A stretch of DNA of 61,235 nucleotides, counting the filler, from Stramenopiles sp. TOSAG23-3 (lineage: Eukaryota): assembly GCA_900128585.1 (NCBI GenBank). It is 6 parts of 6 records of this genome, joined end to end, with 100 filler letters (N's around TTAATTAATTAA, not from the genome) between each part and the next. Parts side by side here need not be neighbours in the genome. Positions count along the whole stretch, not along the records: positions 18,488 to 36,820 come from LT642429.1; positions 36,921 to 55,242 come from LT642430.1; 4 more parts are not named here. One strand, written 5' to 3'. The notes beneath the pieces were generated by a model, which was given only the letters and a program-made list of their open reading frames with translations, was not told where the DNA came from and made no database searches. A program made the translations under genes and the position numbers. Below are positions 34,618-44,446 of the stretch, piece by piece (positions within the stretch are counted from its first letter, which is position 1; the number at the start of each line of letters is the position of its first letter).

Positions 34618-36019
34618 TTAAACCCCATGCCATGCTCCAAACCGCACAAAATCTCCGTGGCCTTTGCTGCATTCAAAATCAAAAAATTTTGCTTTGTATC
34701 GTTTCGCCTTTGGGTCCAACTCCTTCCATTTGGCTATCAAAAGGTCAAGTTTTACATCACCAAATTGCAATCCCGATTTCTTTCCCGTTTCTGGCGGAAA
34801 ACAGACGACCAGGAGGGTTGCTTTTGAGCCTAATTGGAACAGGAAAGGCAGCGGGCGATCGGTTGCCCCTCCGTCTTTCGTCATTTTTCTGCAAAAACTG
34901 GCAACGTCGTAGAATTTGGGCACCCGTGCTACGACAGCATCGCAGTGGTCCCTTACTGCTTCGCAAAGATCAGCAAGTGGCATTGAACCGAGTGGCAGAT
35001 CATTTTCAACGGACACTCCACTTTTTTCAACGTTTGCGTTGCAATAATTAGTGGTGTAATTTGTGCCTCCCTGTTATTTGGGCGCGCGGGGGGGGGGGTG
35101 GTTGGTTAGAAGAATCTCAATGTGGCGCTGGGAGAAAAGACAAAGAGAGAGGAGGAAAGGCGGGTAAAACTTACCCATGGCGGATCAAAGAAAATAATAT
35201 TTTGACGCGGCAGTGCTTTGTACAGATTGCAAAAGTCTCCACTGTTAATTTTTGAGGGGAAATGATGGTTGGTTAGGAATCGTCCATGTGGCGCGGTGAG
35301 AAAGAGAAGGCAGGAAAGACAGACAAAACTTACCAGTGCACGCTTACATTGTGGAAGCCGCACACAGTCTCGACATTGTGCTTTAAATAAGAAGCTCGGA
35401 CAGAGTCAATTTCGATTGCATTAACATGATGGAACAGCTTTGCAAAGGCGAGTGTGTTCCCCCCCACGCACGCGCACGCGTCGGTAATTCCAATGGAAAA
35501 TTGTGCATCTTTTTGGCTCCGTTTTTGCGCCCCTCCAACTCGACACAAAACACTCAACAACTCGTTGATTTCTTCTGCTGTATTCATATCGGTGACGGAA
35601 AAGAGAGCCACGCTATCTAACTTGAGTTTTTTTCGCTTGCTGTACGGGAGATTTTGAAACAGCGTGTCCCGCTTCCCAGATGGTCTCGATACCTGTAGGA
35701 TGTTCCCATCGATTTCAACTTTAAGGTTCACGTCTTCAATGGCTTTGTCTGCCATGTCGACGTTGACGTACGCGTACCCAAGGCACTGGTTCAACGAGTT
35801 GAACGCCACTTTGATCTTGCATCTTTTCGAGCTGTACTTTCGAAATATTTGCGCCAATTTTCTTTTGATACCCCTGCCATTGCGAGGCAATCCTGAAACG
35901 AACAAACGGGCTGCCCTGGCTGTACGCTTTCGCAACTCCCGAAGTTTCTCTCGCCTGGTCCACAGCGCCCATGTTAACGCAGCGGCAGCAGAGGGCAAAA
36001 GGAATGCCAGGGGATTCAT
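34618..36019 (-). CDS. Tgs-like RNA cap guanine-N2 methyltransferase with N-terminal hydrophobic segment and RRM; 3 exons (36019-35334, 35241-35175, 35070-34618)
   Basis: RRM motifs LFVSGLP and LGYAYVNV; SAM motif ITDACACVGGNTLAFA…AIEID. Splicing two GTAAGT…CTAAC…AACAG introns rebuilds HCGDF…IFFDPPWGGTNY in frame. Confidence 0.88.
35071..35174 (-). other. Spliceosomal intron 2 of the Tgs-like gene (104 nt)
   Basis: GTAAGT donor, CTAAC branch point, TAACAG acceptor; removal restores the DPPWGG motif. Confidence 0.9.
35242..35333 (-). other. Spliceosomal intron 1 of the Tgs-like gene (92 nt)
   Basis: GTAAGT donor, CTAAC branch point, TAACAG acceptor; removal restores the frame. Confidence 0.88.
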
Positions 36020-36741
36020 TCCAAAGGGCTATTTTCGTTATTCAAAAAAAATCTCGTTCCAAAATACAAATAATCATAGGCTTTCCCCTCCCTTGTCAGA
36101 AATCTTTCAGCGTTAATCTGTACTTTCTTCTTCAAATGTTTAAAATCAATATTCGTTTTCACGCACTATTTTTAAAAGGACATGGAAAAAAATTATTACA
36201 CAGCCGCCAGCCAGGTACGAGGAGTTCTCGTACCAGAGCGGGAACACAGGATGTGGTTGGACTCATAAATAAAATAAATATCTTACTCCTATTCATTCAC
36301 GTATAATAATTACGAGGACGTAAGGAAGTAGGTAATATAATAATTTTTAAAATCTCGTGCTGCATATTTAATTATAAAATAAGTAGTAGGACTATAGCTA
36401 AATAATATACAAAAATAAAAATAAAATAATTTCCTCCTTCCTTCGTCGTTCTTCTTAAAGTTCTTGCTTGGTGACTTGCTTAATTATTTTTTTATAAGAT
36501 TTTTTATATTAGACCAACTAACTACTGGTATTATACCTTGGTAGTCCTTATATGGAGGAGGTGTTGTACTCCTCGTACGGCGTTGTACGGTGTTGTTTTT
36601 ATTTTGTTAGAATTAGTATTAGAAAGACTTTATATTATTATTATTAAGGAGTATATTTTTTTTTAGGTGGAGAGCTTATCTATCCTGCATCAATCATCAC
36701 GAATATCATCCTTCCCGTAAAAAAATATGAAGAAGAAGAAG

Positions 36742-36820
36742 AAGGGCTGTAGAATTAAATAGAATGAGAATAGAATCAGAAATGAAAGGAAGGGGAGGTA
36801 TCTCTATATGTGACATCATA
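36742..36820 (-). repeat. Inverted copy of 27860-27938 at scaffold end
   Basis: Exact reverse complement, 79 bp. Confidence 0.9.
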
Positions 36821-36920
36821 NNNNNNNNNNNNNNNNNNNNNNNNNNNNNNNNNNNNNNNNNNNNTTAATTAATTAANNNNNNNNNNNNNNNNNNNNNNNN
36901 NNNNNNNNNNNNNNNNNNNN

Positions 36921-36994
<74 letters not shown>
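36921..36994. repeat. (TTTC)n microsatellite
   Basis: Tandem TTTC at a scaffold start. Confidence 0.95.
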
Positions 36995-36996
<2 letters not shown>

Positions 36997-37431
36997 ATAC
37001 TCTTCATTAAATAAAATAAGTGTCACCTACGTTTTTTTAGACTATACATTTTGGTATTTATACTTGATAGAATATAATCGTCTATTTTAATTTATAAGCA
37101 GCAAATACGACACACGACACATCATCTAAATATCTTCTCTATTTTATTATTACTTTATAATAATAGACTAAATAAGAATGAAATATTTTTTTTATTATAA
37201 TAATAATAAAAGAAGAAGAAGAAGAATGAAAGAATTGAATGGAACGGATGGTGGTGTGATACATTTATATTATATATATAAACAACAACTAGCCAAGACA
37301 TACTTTATTAGAATTCAGGAGATGTTAAGAATTGTAAATCGTTCTTTCTTTGTATTTTTTCGAGAAACACACGATCATTAGACCAGTGCTGTATTTTTTA
37401 GAATTTTCTCAGACAATTGACTGACCACAAG

Positions 37432-38328
37432 ATGGCAACTTCCACGATGCAGTTGAAACTATTGACCAAGGTCCAGAGCAGGTACATTCGCAACAAGTAA
37501 GTACGCCTCCCCCTCTCTTCCCCCCACCCCTTATCAAACAAGCACTAACCCTTGCTTCTCCACAACAGCAAAAAGAACGGGCAGAAAAACATTCGGTGCT
37601 TTCCTCGGTGCGTCCCGGGGGGGCACCGTATGGCTGGCTTTTGTGGCTCGAACGTCCTGGTGTCCGCGAAATTCCCCGAACCCCCGGCCGCCCCCGCAGA
37701 CGGTGACGAGGACAGCATCGTAAAGATCGCGGAGCAGCAAGGCGCCGCGCTTGAGGAAGAGAAAAGCAGTTCCGAGCCGTCGACGGGAAAGAAGCAAGCC
37801 AGCGAAAGCGAGGACGAACTGCCGTCCTTGCACAACACCATAGTCATGTCAGAATTTCTCGTCGCGAACGACCCCAACAAGGAGGGTCCCGGCCCCGTAC
37901 GAATCCAGATCAAACTAGGGAGCTACTACGATAGCAAACCGATCATGGACCTGCTGAAGCTTGCGATCAGGCAGTCGTTCAGCAACCCCGGGGAAAGACC
38001 ATGCCCTCAACCATTTTTGGCCCGACTAGAGGGCGGCGCGGAAAAGGCCCGCCAAGCGGACGGGTCGTACATCTTCAACGTCCAGCCCAAATGCTGGCAC
38101 TACGGGTGGAAGTCGCACAAGCATGCGAACTGTACAAACCATTTTTTGCGAGTTTACGCGTTTCAGAAAGTCGGCAACGCCTTCAAGTGCGTTGCAATGG
38201 ACGACTCTGAGTTTTTTACCGTCTCCAGCAGCAAACGGTTTCGCCGCGATTGCAACATGACCGGGAGGGAGGACATCTCAGGCGCCCCCATCGTGAAGCG
38301 AATGAAAGGCAAAAGCCAGACCCCGTAG
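37432..38328 (+). CDS. Hypothetical protein, 2 exons (37432-37496, 37569-38328)
   Basis: A 72-nt intron GTAAGT…CACTAAC…ACAG links ATG 37432 in frame to give YIRNNKKNGQKNIRCFPRC…GFCG. Confidence 0.8.
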
Positions 38329-39151
38329 AGAAACTTACGCACGGGCCGGGGAATATGTGCCCGGCCGATGCAAAGGGAGGGTGTAGTCTGTAGGTAGTGA
38401 TTTTTTCCGTGGGGGTGGGGGCATATAATAATTCCTTTTGCGTGTGTAACGAAAGACCAAAATATAATTAAATTTTAGGGTAAAATATATTAAATGCATA
38501 AAAACATTGTTGTCAATTTCAAATCCTCTGTGTACGAAATTGCTTTTTTAATCTTCCTTCACACACATACATCTTTTTGTTTTTGTTTCTTTCCGTTGGT
38601 GTTATGTTATGGGGGAAGGACATGTGGTAAATATGTTAAATATATCAATTAACCCAAAAGCTGGTTTTTTTTTTATTGCTTCTTTACTTACAGCCAATCG
38701 TCCAATTTCAATAGGTAAGAAAAGATTATTAATATACAATGAAGTACGATATGTAAAAATATCATCATAAAGAAATATCGAAAAGAATAATAGATTTATT
38801 TAATAATTGTATTGATTATTAGTATACAGTAATAAATAGATGGAGGATGGAGGAGTGGTGGATTTTGTAATANNNNNNNNCTCCAGACTCCAGACGACGA
38901 CTCTCTCCATCATCATCATCATCCCATTCCAGCTCTCCTCCCAGCAGCAAGCGCTCGTCGTTCTTCTTCTTTCTTCTCCTTCTTGGTTGAAGTAGAAAGT
39001 ACTTTTAATTGATATAAAACACTTTCACAAAGAAATAGAAAGATAGGAGAGAGTGTACAAGAAAGAAGAAGAATTTATGTTTATATATATATATATGGTA
39101 TTTATTACCCAGAGAGTGTGCATTTTGTGATCTTTTTGCGTATACGCAAGA

Positions 39152-39868
39152 ATGGCTTCGAAGAAGAGCATTTACTTATTTTACGACTGCCTCTCGCCAT
39201 TTTCGTACTTTGCGTTTAAATGCTTAAGGCGTTACGAGCATTCTTGGAACTGCAATTTGGTGTTGAAACCGGTGCTTTTGGGGGGAATCATGGCGGCGAC
39301 GAAGAATGTGCCCCCCGCGGTCCGGCCGTGGGCTGCGCATACAAAAAAAGTGAGCGCCCAAGATATGGAGAGGAATAAGAAGTGGTTCAATGTGCCCAAC
39401 ATGAAGCCAATGCCGAGTAATTTCTTCGGCCCAAAGGGGCCCGCTGATAAGTCTGGGCTCGCTCGAGACATGCGGTACATGAGGCTGGCTACGGCGGTCT
39501 CGCTCTACCACCCCGACGCCCTGGGCGCTGTTACCGATGGTCTGTTTGGCATGATTTACGAGGAGGAGCGCGACGAGCGCGATAGGGTCGTCATTACTGA
39601 AACTCGGTTGGAGAACATATGCGTAGCGTCAGGCATTGCCAAGGGCGCTGCCAAGGAAGTTGTGGACGCCATCTCTACGGAAGAGGTGAAGGGCGCACTG
39701 AAGCACAACGTTTTAGAAGCCCTGGAGTTGGGGGCGTACGGGGCTCCCTTCATGGTATGCGAAGGACAGGTGTATTTTGGCAGCGACAGAATGGAGCAAC
39801 TGGCGTTCACCCATGAATTGCCTTGGTACGGCCCAGACCCTGAACGGCCAAGCATCGCAAAGTTGTGA
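39152..39868 (+). CDS. GSTK1: Glutathione S-transferase kappa / DsbA-like (HCCA isomerase family)
   Basis: FYDCLSPFSYFA, PVLLGGIM, GAYGAPF and YFGSDRMEQLA motifs. Confidence 0.92.
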   Translation: MASKKSIYLFYDCLSPFSYFAFKCLRRYEHSWNCNLVLKPVLLGGIMAATKNVPPAVRPWAAHTKKVSAQDMERNKKWFNVPNMKPMPSNFFGPKGPADKSGLARDMRYMRLATAVSLYHPDALGAVTDGLFGMIYEEERDERDRVVITETRLENICVASGIAKGAAKEVVDAISTEEVKGALKHNVLEALELGAYGAPFMVCEGQVYFGSDRMEQLAFTHELPWYGPDPERPSIAKL

Positions 39869-40064
39869 GGCTGTAAACTTTGGTCTGTAATCGGGGGGCG
39901 GTAGCAGGGCGTTGTAATTTATAAAAACAAATAATCTAGGCGCACACGAAATGTGTGTGTGCAAAAATATTCATGAGCCTCAGTGGCCAAATCCGTAATC
40001 GCCAGATGCATACAAAGTAATTCTTACGAACACCAAAATCAGAGTTTAACACACAGGCCCACCC

Positions 40065-40817
40065 TCACCAGCTCTCTTCGTAGTACACCCTCAACCCTTG
40101 CTCGCTTTCAAACAAGTTGTCCATGGTCGAACATTGCGTTTGCAGCACATTCTTTGCCAAATCATTCATCTCATGGCTGATTCGGGATATTATAAAAGCC
40201 TTCAGCTTCTTGTCAAACATGACCAAATTGTTGTAGACGTAGCTGTTCTCTAGTGGCAGTGCTTCCAATTTCTCATACACGCTGAGCAAAACCTCACAAA
40301 ACCTATCAAATATCATAAAGTAGTCCAAGTCGGATGCGTTCGCGGGCACTTGCAGAAACTCAAGGACGATTTCATTTTGAAACTTTGACACGTTCACGTT
40401 TGAGGGTTCGGTCTCCTTATAACCAAGAAGGGATTGAGGGTAGTTACTCCCCTCCCTGGCATAAAGGAGCTTCATCATTTGCGCCGGCCCACTGAGCAAA
40501 AAGTGGTACTCAAACTCGGAAAACAAAATCAGCAGCGCGTAAAGCATCTGGGACGGACTTTCGATGTCCAACAGGCTGGACATACTCGTACCCAAACAGA
40601 GCAGCTGCTTTGCCCGGGAAGCGAGTTCCCCGGCATCGTAGTGCTGCCGGATGTTCTCGTGAGTCAAACGGATAGCATTAAGCCATAACAACGAACCCTC
40701 GTGAAGACGCTTAAAATAACTAACATTTACAACCCGTTTTTGTATCATTTTCAAGGCCCTGTCGCAGTTCCCTACGACTGGGTCAGACGACGACGACGGG
40801 GCAGTTATTGCGGCCAT
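40065..40817 (-). CDS. Conserved-looking hypothetical helical protein
   Basis: 250 aa from ATG 40817; KRVVNVSYFKRLHEGSLLWLNAIRL looks globular, but the function is not recognised. Confidence 0.7.
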   Translation of the reverse strand: MAAITAPSSSSDPVVGNCDRALKMIQKRVVNVSYFKRLHEGSLLWLNAIRLTHENIRQHYDAGELASRAKQLLCLGTSMSSLLDIESPSQMLYALLILFSEFEYHFLLSGPAQMMKLLYAREGSNYPQSLLGYKETEPSNVNVSKFQNEIVLEFLQVPANASDLDYFMIFDRFCEVLLSVYEKLEALPLENSYVYNNLVMFDKKLKAFIISRISHEMNDLAKNVLQTQCSTMDNLFESEQGLRVYYEESW

Positions 40818-41317
40818 CTTCAAGCGCACCACCCCAGATTAACAATAAAAGCAGATACCCCAGGCCCGATGAATCCAACGGCCCGCCCTTAATATTTCTC
40901 TTGTCACTAAACTGTTTACTTTCACATTCCTGAAGTTTCTTTTTCGTATGCTTTTAATTTCTTCTACAGAAGAAATAAGAATATATAATAGCTAATAATT
41001 ACAGTCTAAGTGATTCATGTCGCTCGCATTTTTTTAATTAAAATTATTTTGTTGTTGTTTGGAAGAAACCAACCACCCTTTTTTTATTCGTTTTGTATTC
41101 TAATGTGTTTTGATAGGGATATTTATTACATAGGCATATCATTGGGTTGGTTTCCAAAATGGATTATTTAATAAAATTATTATTATTATTATTATTATTT
41201 CTTCTTCTTCACACCTCCACCACCCTCCATTGTATTAATACAGGTACGTACCGTACAGGTATAATATTAATACCCAGGTACCAGGTATGAAAACCAGGTT
41301 CCAGTTCCTGTTCCTGG

Positions 41318-41642
41318 CCCGTGATAAATTCCTAGACAGGGTTACACTCCTAAATTTGTTTCCTTTACCAACTACGCTGAACTCCAGCTCGCCATTGACA
41401 TTCTTAATGTCTGAACGTTGGAGTCTTCGAGCCTCCGACAAACGCAAGCCTAAATAGAATAAAAGCTTGAGCAACAGACGATCGTTCCCCTTTGCGAGAA
41501 CCAGCATACGGAGCACCTCCCCTTTGGAGAGCTTCCTCTCGACACGAATCAGCGTTCGCCTTGGTACTTTCAAACACCGCCCAACGTCCGTGAGAATGTA
41601 TCCCTGATTATAGCAATATGTCAGGAAGGACTTCACCGCTAG
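41318..41642 (-). mobile_element. Truncated tyrosine recombinase (Xer/phage integrase-like) fragment
   Basis: LAVKSFLTY (end of core-binding domain), DRLLLKLLFYLGLRLSEARRLQRSDI (box I Arg) and VVGKGNKFRSVTL (catalytic Lys). HxxR and catalytic Tyr are absent; the frame runs into a simple repeat. Confidence 0.85.
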
Positions 41643-41647
41643 CCCGC

Positions 41648-43300
41648 ATGATGCAGCTCGAGTCGTACGATTACGTGATCGTGTGCACAGGCGACGCCAA
41701 ACAGGCCGAGTACTGGCAGCGCCGGCTCACGCGCATGAACGGGCAGGTGTTTCTCGGGTCCAAGGTGCTGGCCGTGGATGAGTCGGCATGGAATGGAGGC
41801 GCCGGCAACGGATTTGGGACGCTCTTTGCCTTTGAGAACGCATGCAAAAAGTGCCAGGAACTATACGGAGAGGACCTGACGGCACGTCTGCGCGAGGGTG
41901 CTAGCGTGTCGCTGTACCACACGGCGGGGAAAGGGACGCGACTCGCGCCGCTGCCCGGGTCCGAGGTCAACAACAAGCCGGGCGTGCAGCTGCCGGGCGT
42001 GCTCATGCAGCAAGAGCAGTTTAACGGCAATGGGACGACGTACTCCTATGAGAACATCTCCATCCTCGAGGCTGTCATCAAGCAGACGGGCGTCTACGCC
42101 ACATCACGCGGTGGACGACTCTCTGTTTATTGGGGTGATCAGATTTTTATCCCCTCGGCCGATGCCTCGTACATACCCACGCACGAGGTCGACATCATGT
42201 GCACACTGCGCGAGATGCCTGATGCTGCAACCTGGGCCGCGGAGGGGCTCGACAAGTACGGGCTCATCGCAGTCAATGCGGATGGGAACGCGGCGCAGGT
42301 CGAAAAGGTCTCGCATGCCACCGCGACGTCCTTACTAAGCGATGGTCTTGGTGAAGTAGCCAGTGTCGGGACGAGCCTCGGCTCATTCAGCGTCTCGGTG
42401 CGGTTCCTTGAGGCTATCATGGCCGAGTTTGCGCCCGAGTTGGCCAAGAGGGAGGGCAGCCGCGACACGGATCCTCATTTTTGGATGCCGCTGACGCTCT
42501 CGCGCGACAGCTACCTTTCCATCATGGCGCAAAAGGGCGTGAATGCCGATACGGCCGCGACAAACTACGACCGCATGGCAGGCTTTCGCGCCACGTTTGA
42601 AGCGGCGACCGGCGTGGGCTCGGGCGCGGCTGGTGAAGGAAAAGAAGACAGTTGCAGTGTGCGCATGTTTGGCGCCGTGGACATCGGGCGTGACACATTT
42701 TGGTGGGACTATGGGCAGCTGAGACTCTACAATAAATTCAACAAAATGATGTGCCGAAACAACCCCGAGGCAGAGGCGATGCGCGGGTTCTTTGGCGTTA
42801 CCCCCGGAAGAGTGGTCGCCTCTGAGGCGCTCACGGCCGAGGGCTCGCAAGTCGTGATCGACGAAGCTTCATGCGTCGTTGCCTGGGCCGGCCCCACGCC
42901 TCCGACTCAGGGTGGCCGAGTCGAGAGCTCATGTCTGTCCCGCGTCTTTGCCAGCCAGTCCCTCGATGTGCAGGACTCACTGCTTGTGGGAGTGACGGCC
43001 AAGAAAATCTCCGCGCACGGCGCGCTGTGCTACAATGTTGTGGACACGACTGATGAGGGCGTTGTACTTACGCCGGGGCAGTGCCGCTGCGACGTCATCA
43101 TCGACGGGGCGCGGCAGTCGCTGCTCTGCGACACGGAGCACGACGGGCGTGTCTCGTGGAAGCTCAAGGTTAGCGGCAACAGCATGACGTTTGAGGAGGT
43201 GTGGAAGTACAATAAGACGCAGGACTGTGTCGCGCTGCTGCTGAAGGCGAGGAATGACCATGCCACCGCCATCCGAACAATGAGTGAGGCAGGGAACTGA
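41648..43300 (+). CDS. Sugar-1-phosphate nucleotidyltransferase-fold protein, resembling fucose-1-phosphate guanylyltransferase / fucokinase N-terminus
   Basis: YDYVIVCT…QAEYWQRRL, GAGNGFGTL, LYHTAGKGTRLAP, WGDQIF, VEK and WWDYG motifs fit the NTP-transferase fold. Start is ATG 41648, or 41618 inside the antisense recombinase fragment. Confidence 0.7.
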   Translation: MMQLESYDYVIVCTGDAKQAEYWQRRLTRMNGQVFLGSKVLAVDESAWNGGAGNGFGTLFAFENACKKCQELYGEDLTARLREGASVSLYHTAGKGTRLAPLPGSEVNNKPGVQLPGVLMQQEQFNGNGTTYSYENISILEAVIKQTGVYATSRGGRLSVYWGDQIFIPSADASYIPTHEVDIMCTLREMPDAATWAAEGLDKYGLIAVNADGNAAQVEKVSHATATSLLSDGLGEVASVGTSLGSFSVSVRFLEAIMAEFAPELAKREGSRDTDPHFWMPLTLSRDSYLSIMAQKGVNADTAATNYDRMAGFRATFEAATGVGSGAAGEGKEDSCSVRMFGAVDIGRDTFWWDYGQLRLYNKFNKMMCRNNPEAEAMRGFFGVTPGRVVASEALTAEGSQVVIDEASCVVAWAGPTPPTQGGRVESSCLSRVFASQSLDVQDSLLVGVTAKKISAHGALCYNVVDTTDEGVVLTPGQCRCDVIIDGARQSLLCDTEHDGRVSWKLKVSGNSMTFEEVWKYNKTQDCVALLLKARNDHATAIRTMSEAGN

Positions 43301-43324
43301 CCTTGGCCTTGGCGGCGGCGGCGG

Positions 43325-43459
43325 GGGCACATCATATGCACAATAAACTCGTGTGCCCGCCGTCTCTTTACAACTCTCGTCGCTTAGCGACGAGAGTCGT
43401 TCAGCACGCCTCTTTGACTTAACTGTACTACAAGCTACAAGAGAGTTGGAAAGAGACGG
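43325..43459. repeat. Cluster of inverted repeats/palindromes downstream of the nucleotidyltransferase-like gene
   Basis: GGGCACA/TGTGCCC stem around AATAAA; 12-1-12 palindrome at 43373-43397; 19-bp arms 43360-43378 and 43441-43459 with one mismatch. Confidence 0.85.
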
Positions 43460-44446
43460 TCTCGGTCATCTGAATAAACTATGCCGGGTACGCTAGATCA
43501 TAAAATGTAAAATGATAGAGGTAGGTGTTTTGTGTTTTACCCGGTAGTTTCCTTTTTGGATTGCACCAACCTTCTTAAGCCCCCGGGAAATCAGACCTAC
43601 AGCCTACAGCAAAAAGCTCAATGTCATGCATCAGTCCTACGGGTAGCACTACCTTAAATTACAGTACCCGGTATCTTCGTGCTCGACCTATCACTGAACC
43701 AGCGGAGCGTGCGCACAATAAATTTTATAAATCGAGAGAATCCCATCTCAGTACTTTACTCTACATAGTTTCATCCTCAGCGCACACTTTCCCCCCGTTC
43801 CCCCGGCCCCTCTGGGTCGCCCCCGCCCACCCGGAGCGGACCGGAGCCGCTCTGGGTTCATCCAAGGCCAACGCGCCCCCGTGGTACTTCTCAGCCGCCC
43901 GTCCACGCGGCCGGAGCGGGGAAACCACGGCCCACCGTGATTTGTTGCGAGGTTGCTGACAAAAATCAGTACAATAAACTACTGGGAATTGTGAGAATAA
44001 CGGTTCAAGAGTCCGGGTCCGACTGGTTCACTAAGGTAAACTACTTGGCATTCTGACATCCTCAATATTAAGTACTTAACAGTATGCGTATGATACTTGG
44101 GTACTGTACAGTGCGGTACTGTAGTACTGTGTGTATTTAATTTAAAATAATATAAAATAATAAAAAATAATAATAAGCCAATTCATTCTTCCGGATAGAC
44201 TCTATTACCAGTATTATAACGGTTGTTTCACCTGCTGTTGCACCCAGAAGATGTACTCGTAGAATAATATATGCGACGGATGAAGAAAAAAAGTACGTAG
44301 CAACACTTTTTTCATTGTATGCTTCATGGGTGTCGATTCGTAAAGGCGTGAGCAATGAAATCCTGCACGAATGTAGACAAATTTTATATTTATTTTTTCA
44401 ATTCGTAGGTATAGAGAGGCAAGACCGGTTTGTCGTTAGAGAACAC

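Noticed and set aside
43621-43959. 112-aa ORF in the island
   Set aside because: No recognisable motif; overlaps GC-rich structured sequence where stop codons are rare.
41235-44140. Formal terminal inverted repeats or target-site duplication for the island
   Set aside because: The two ends share only low-complexity GTAC-rich similarity, also seen at 34318-34396; no clean TIR or TSD could be defined.
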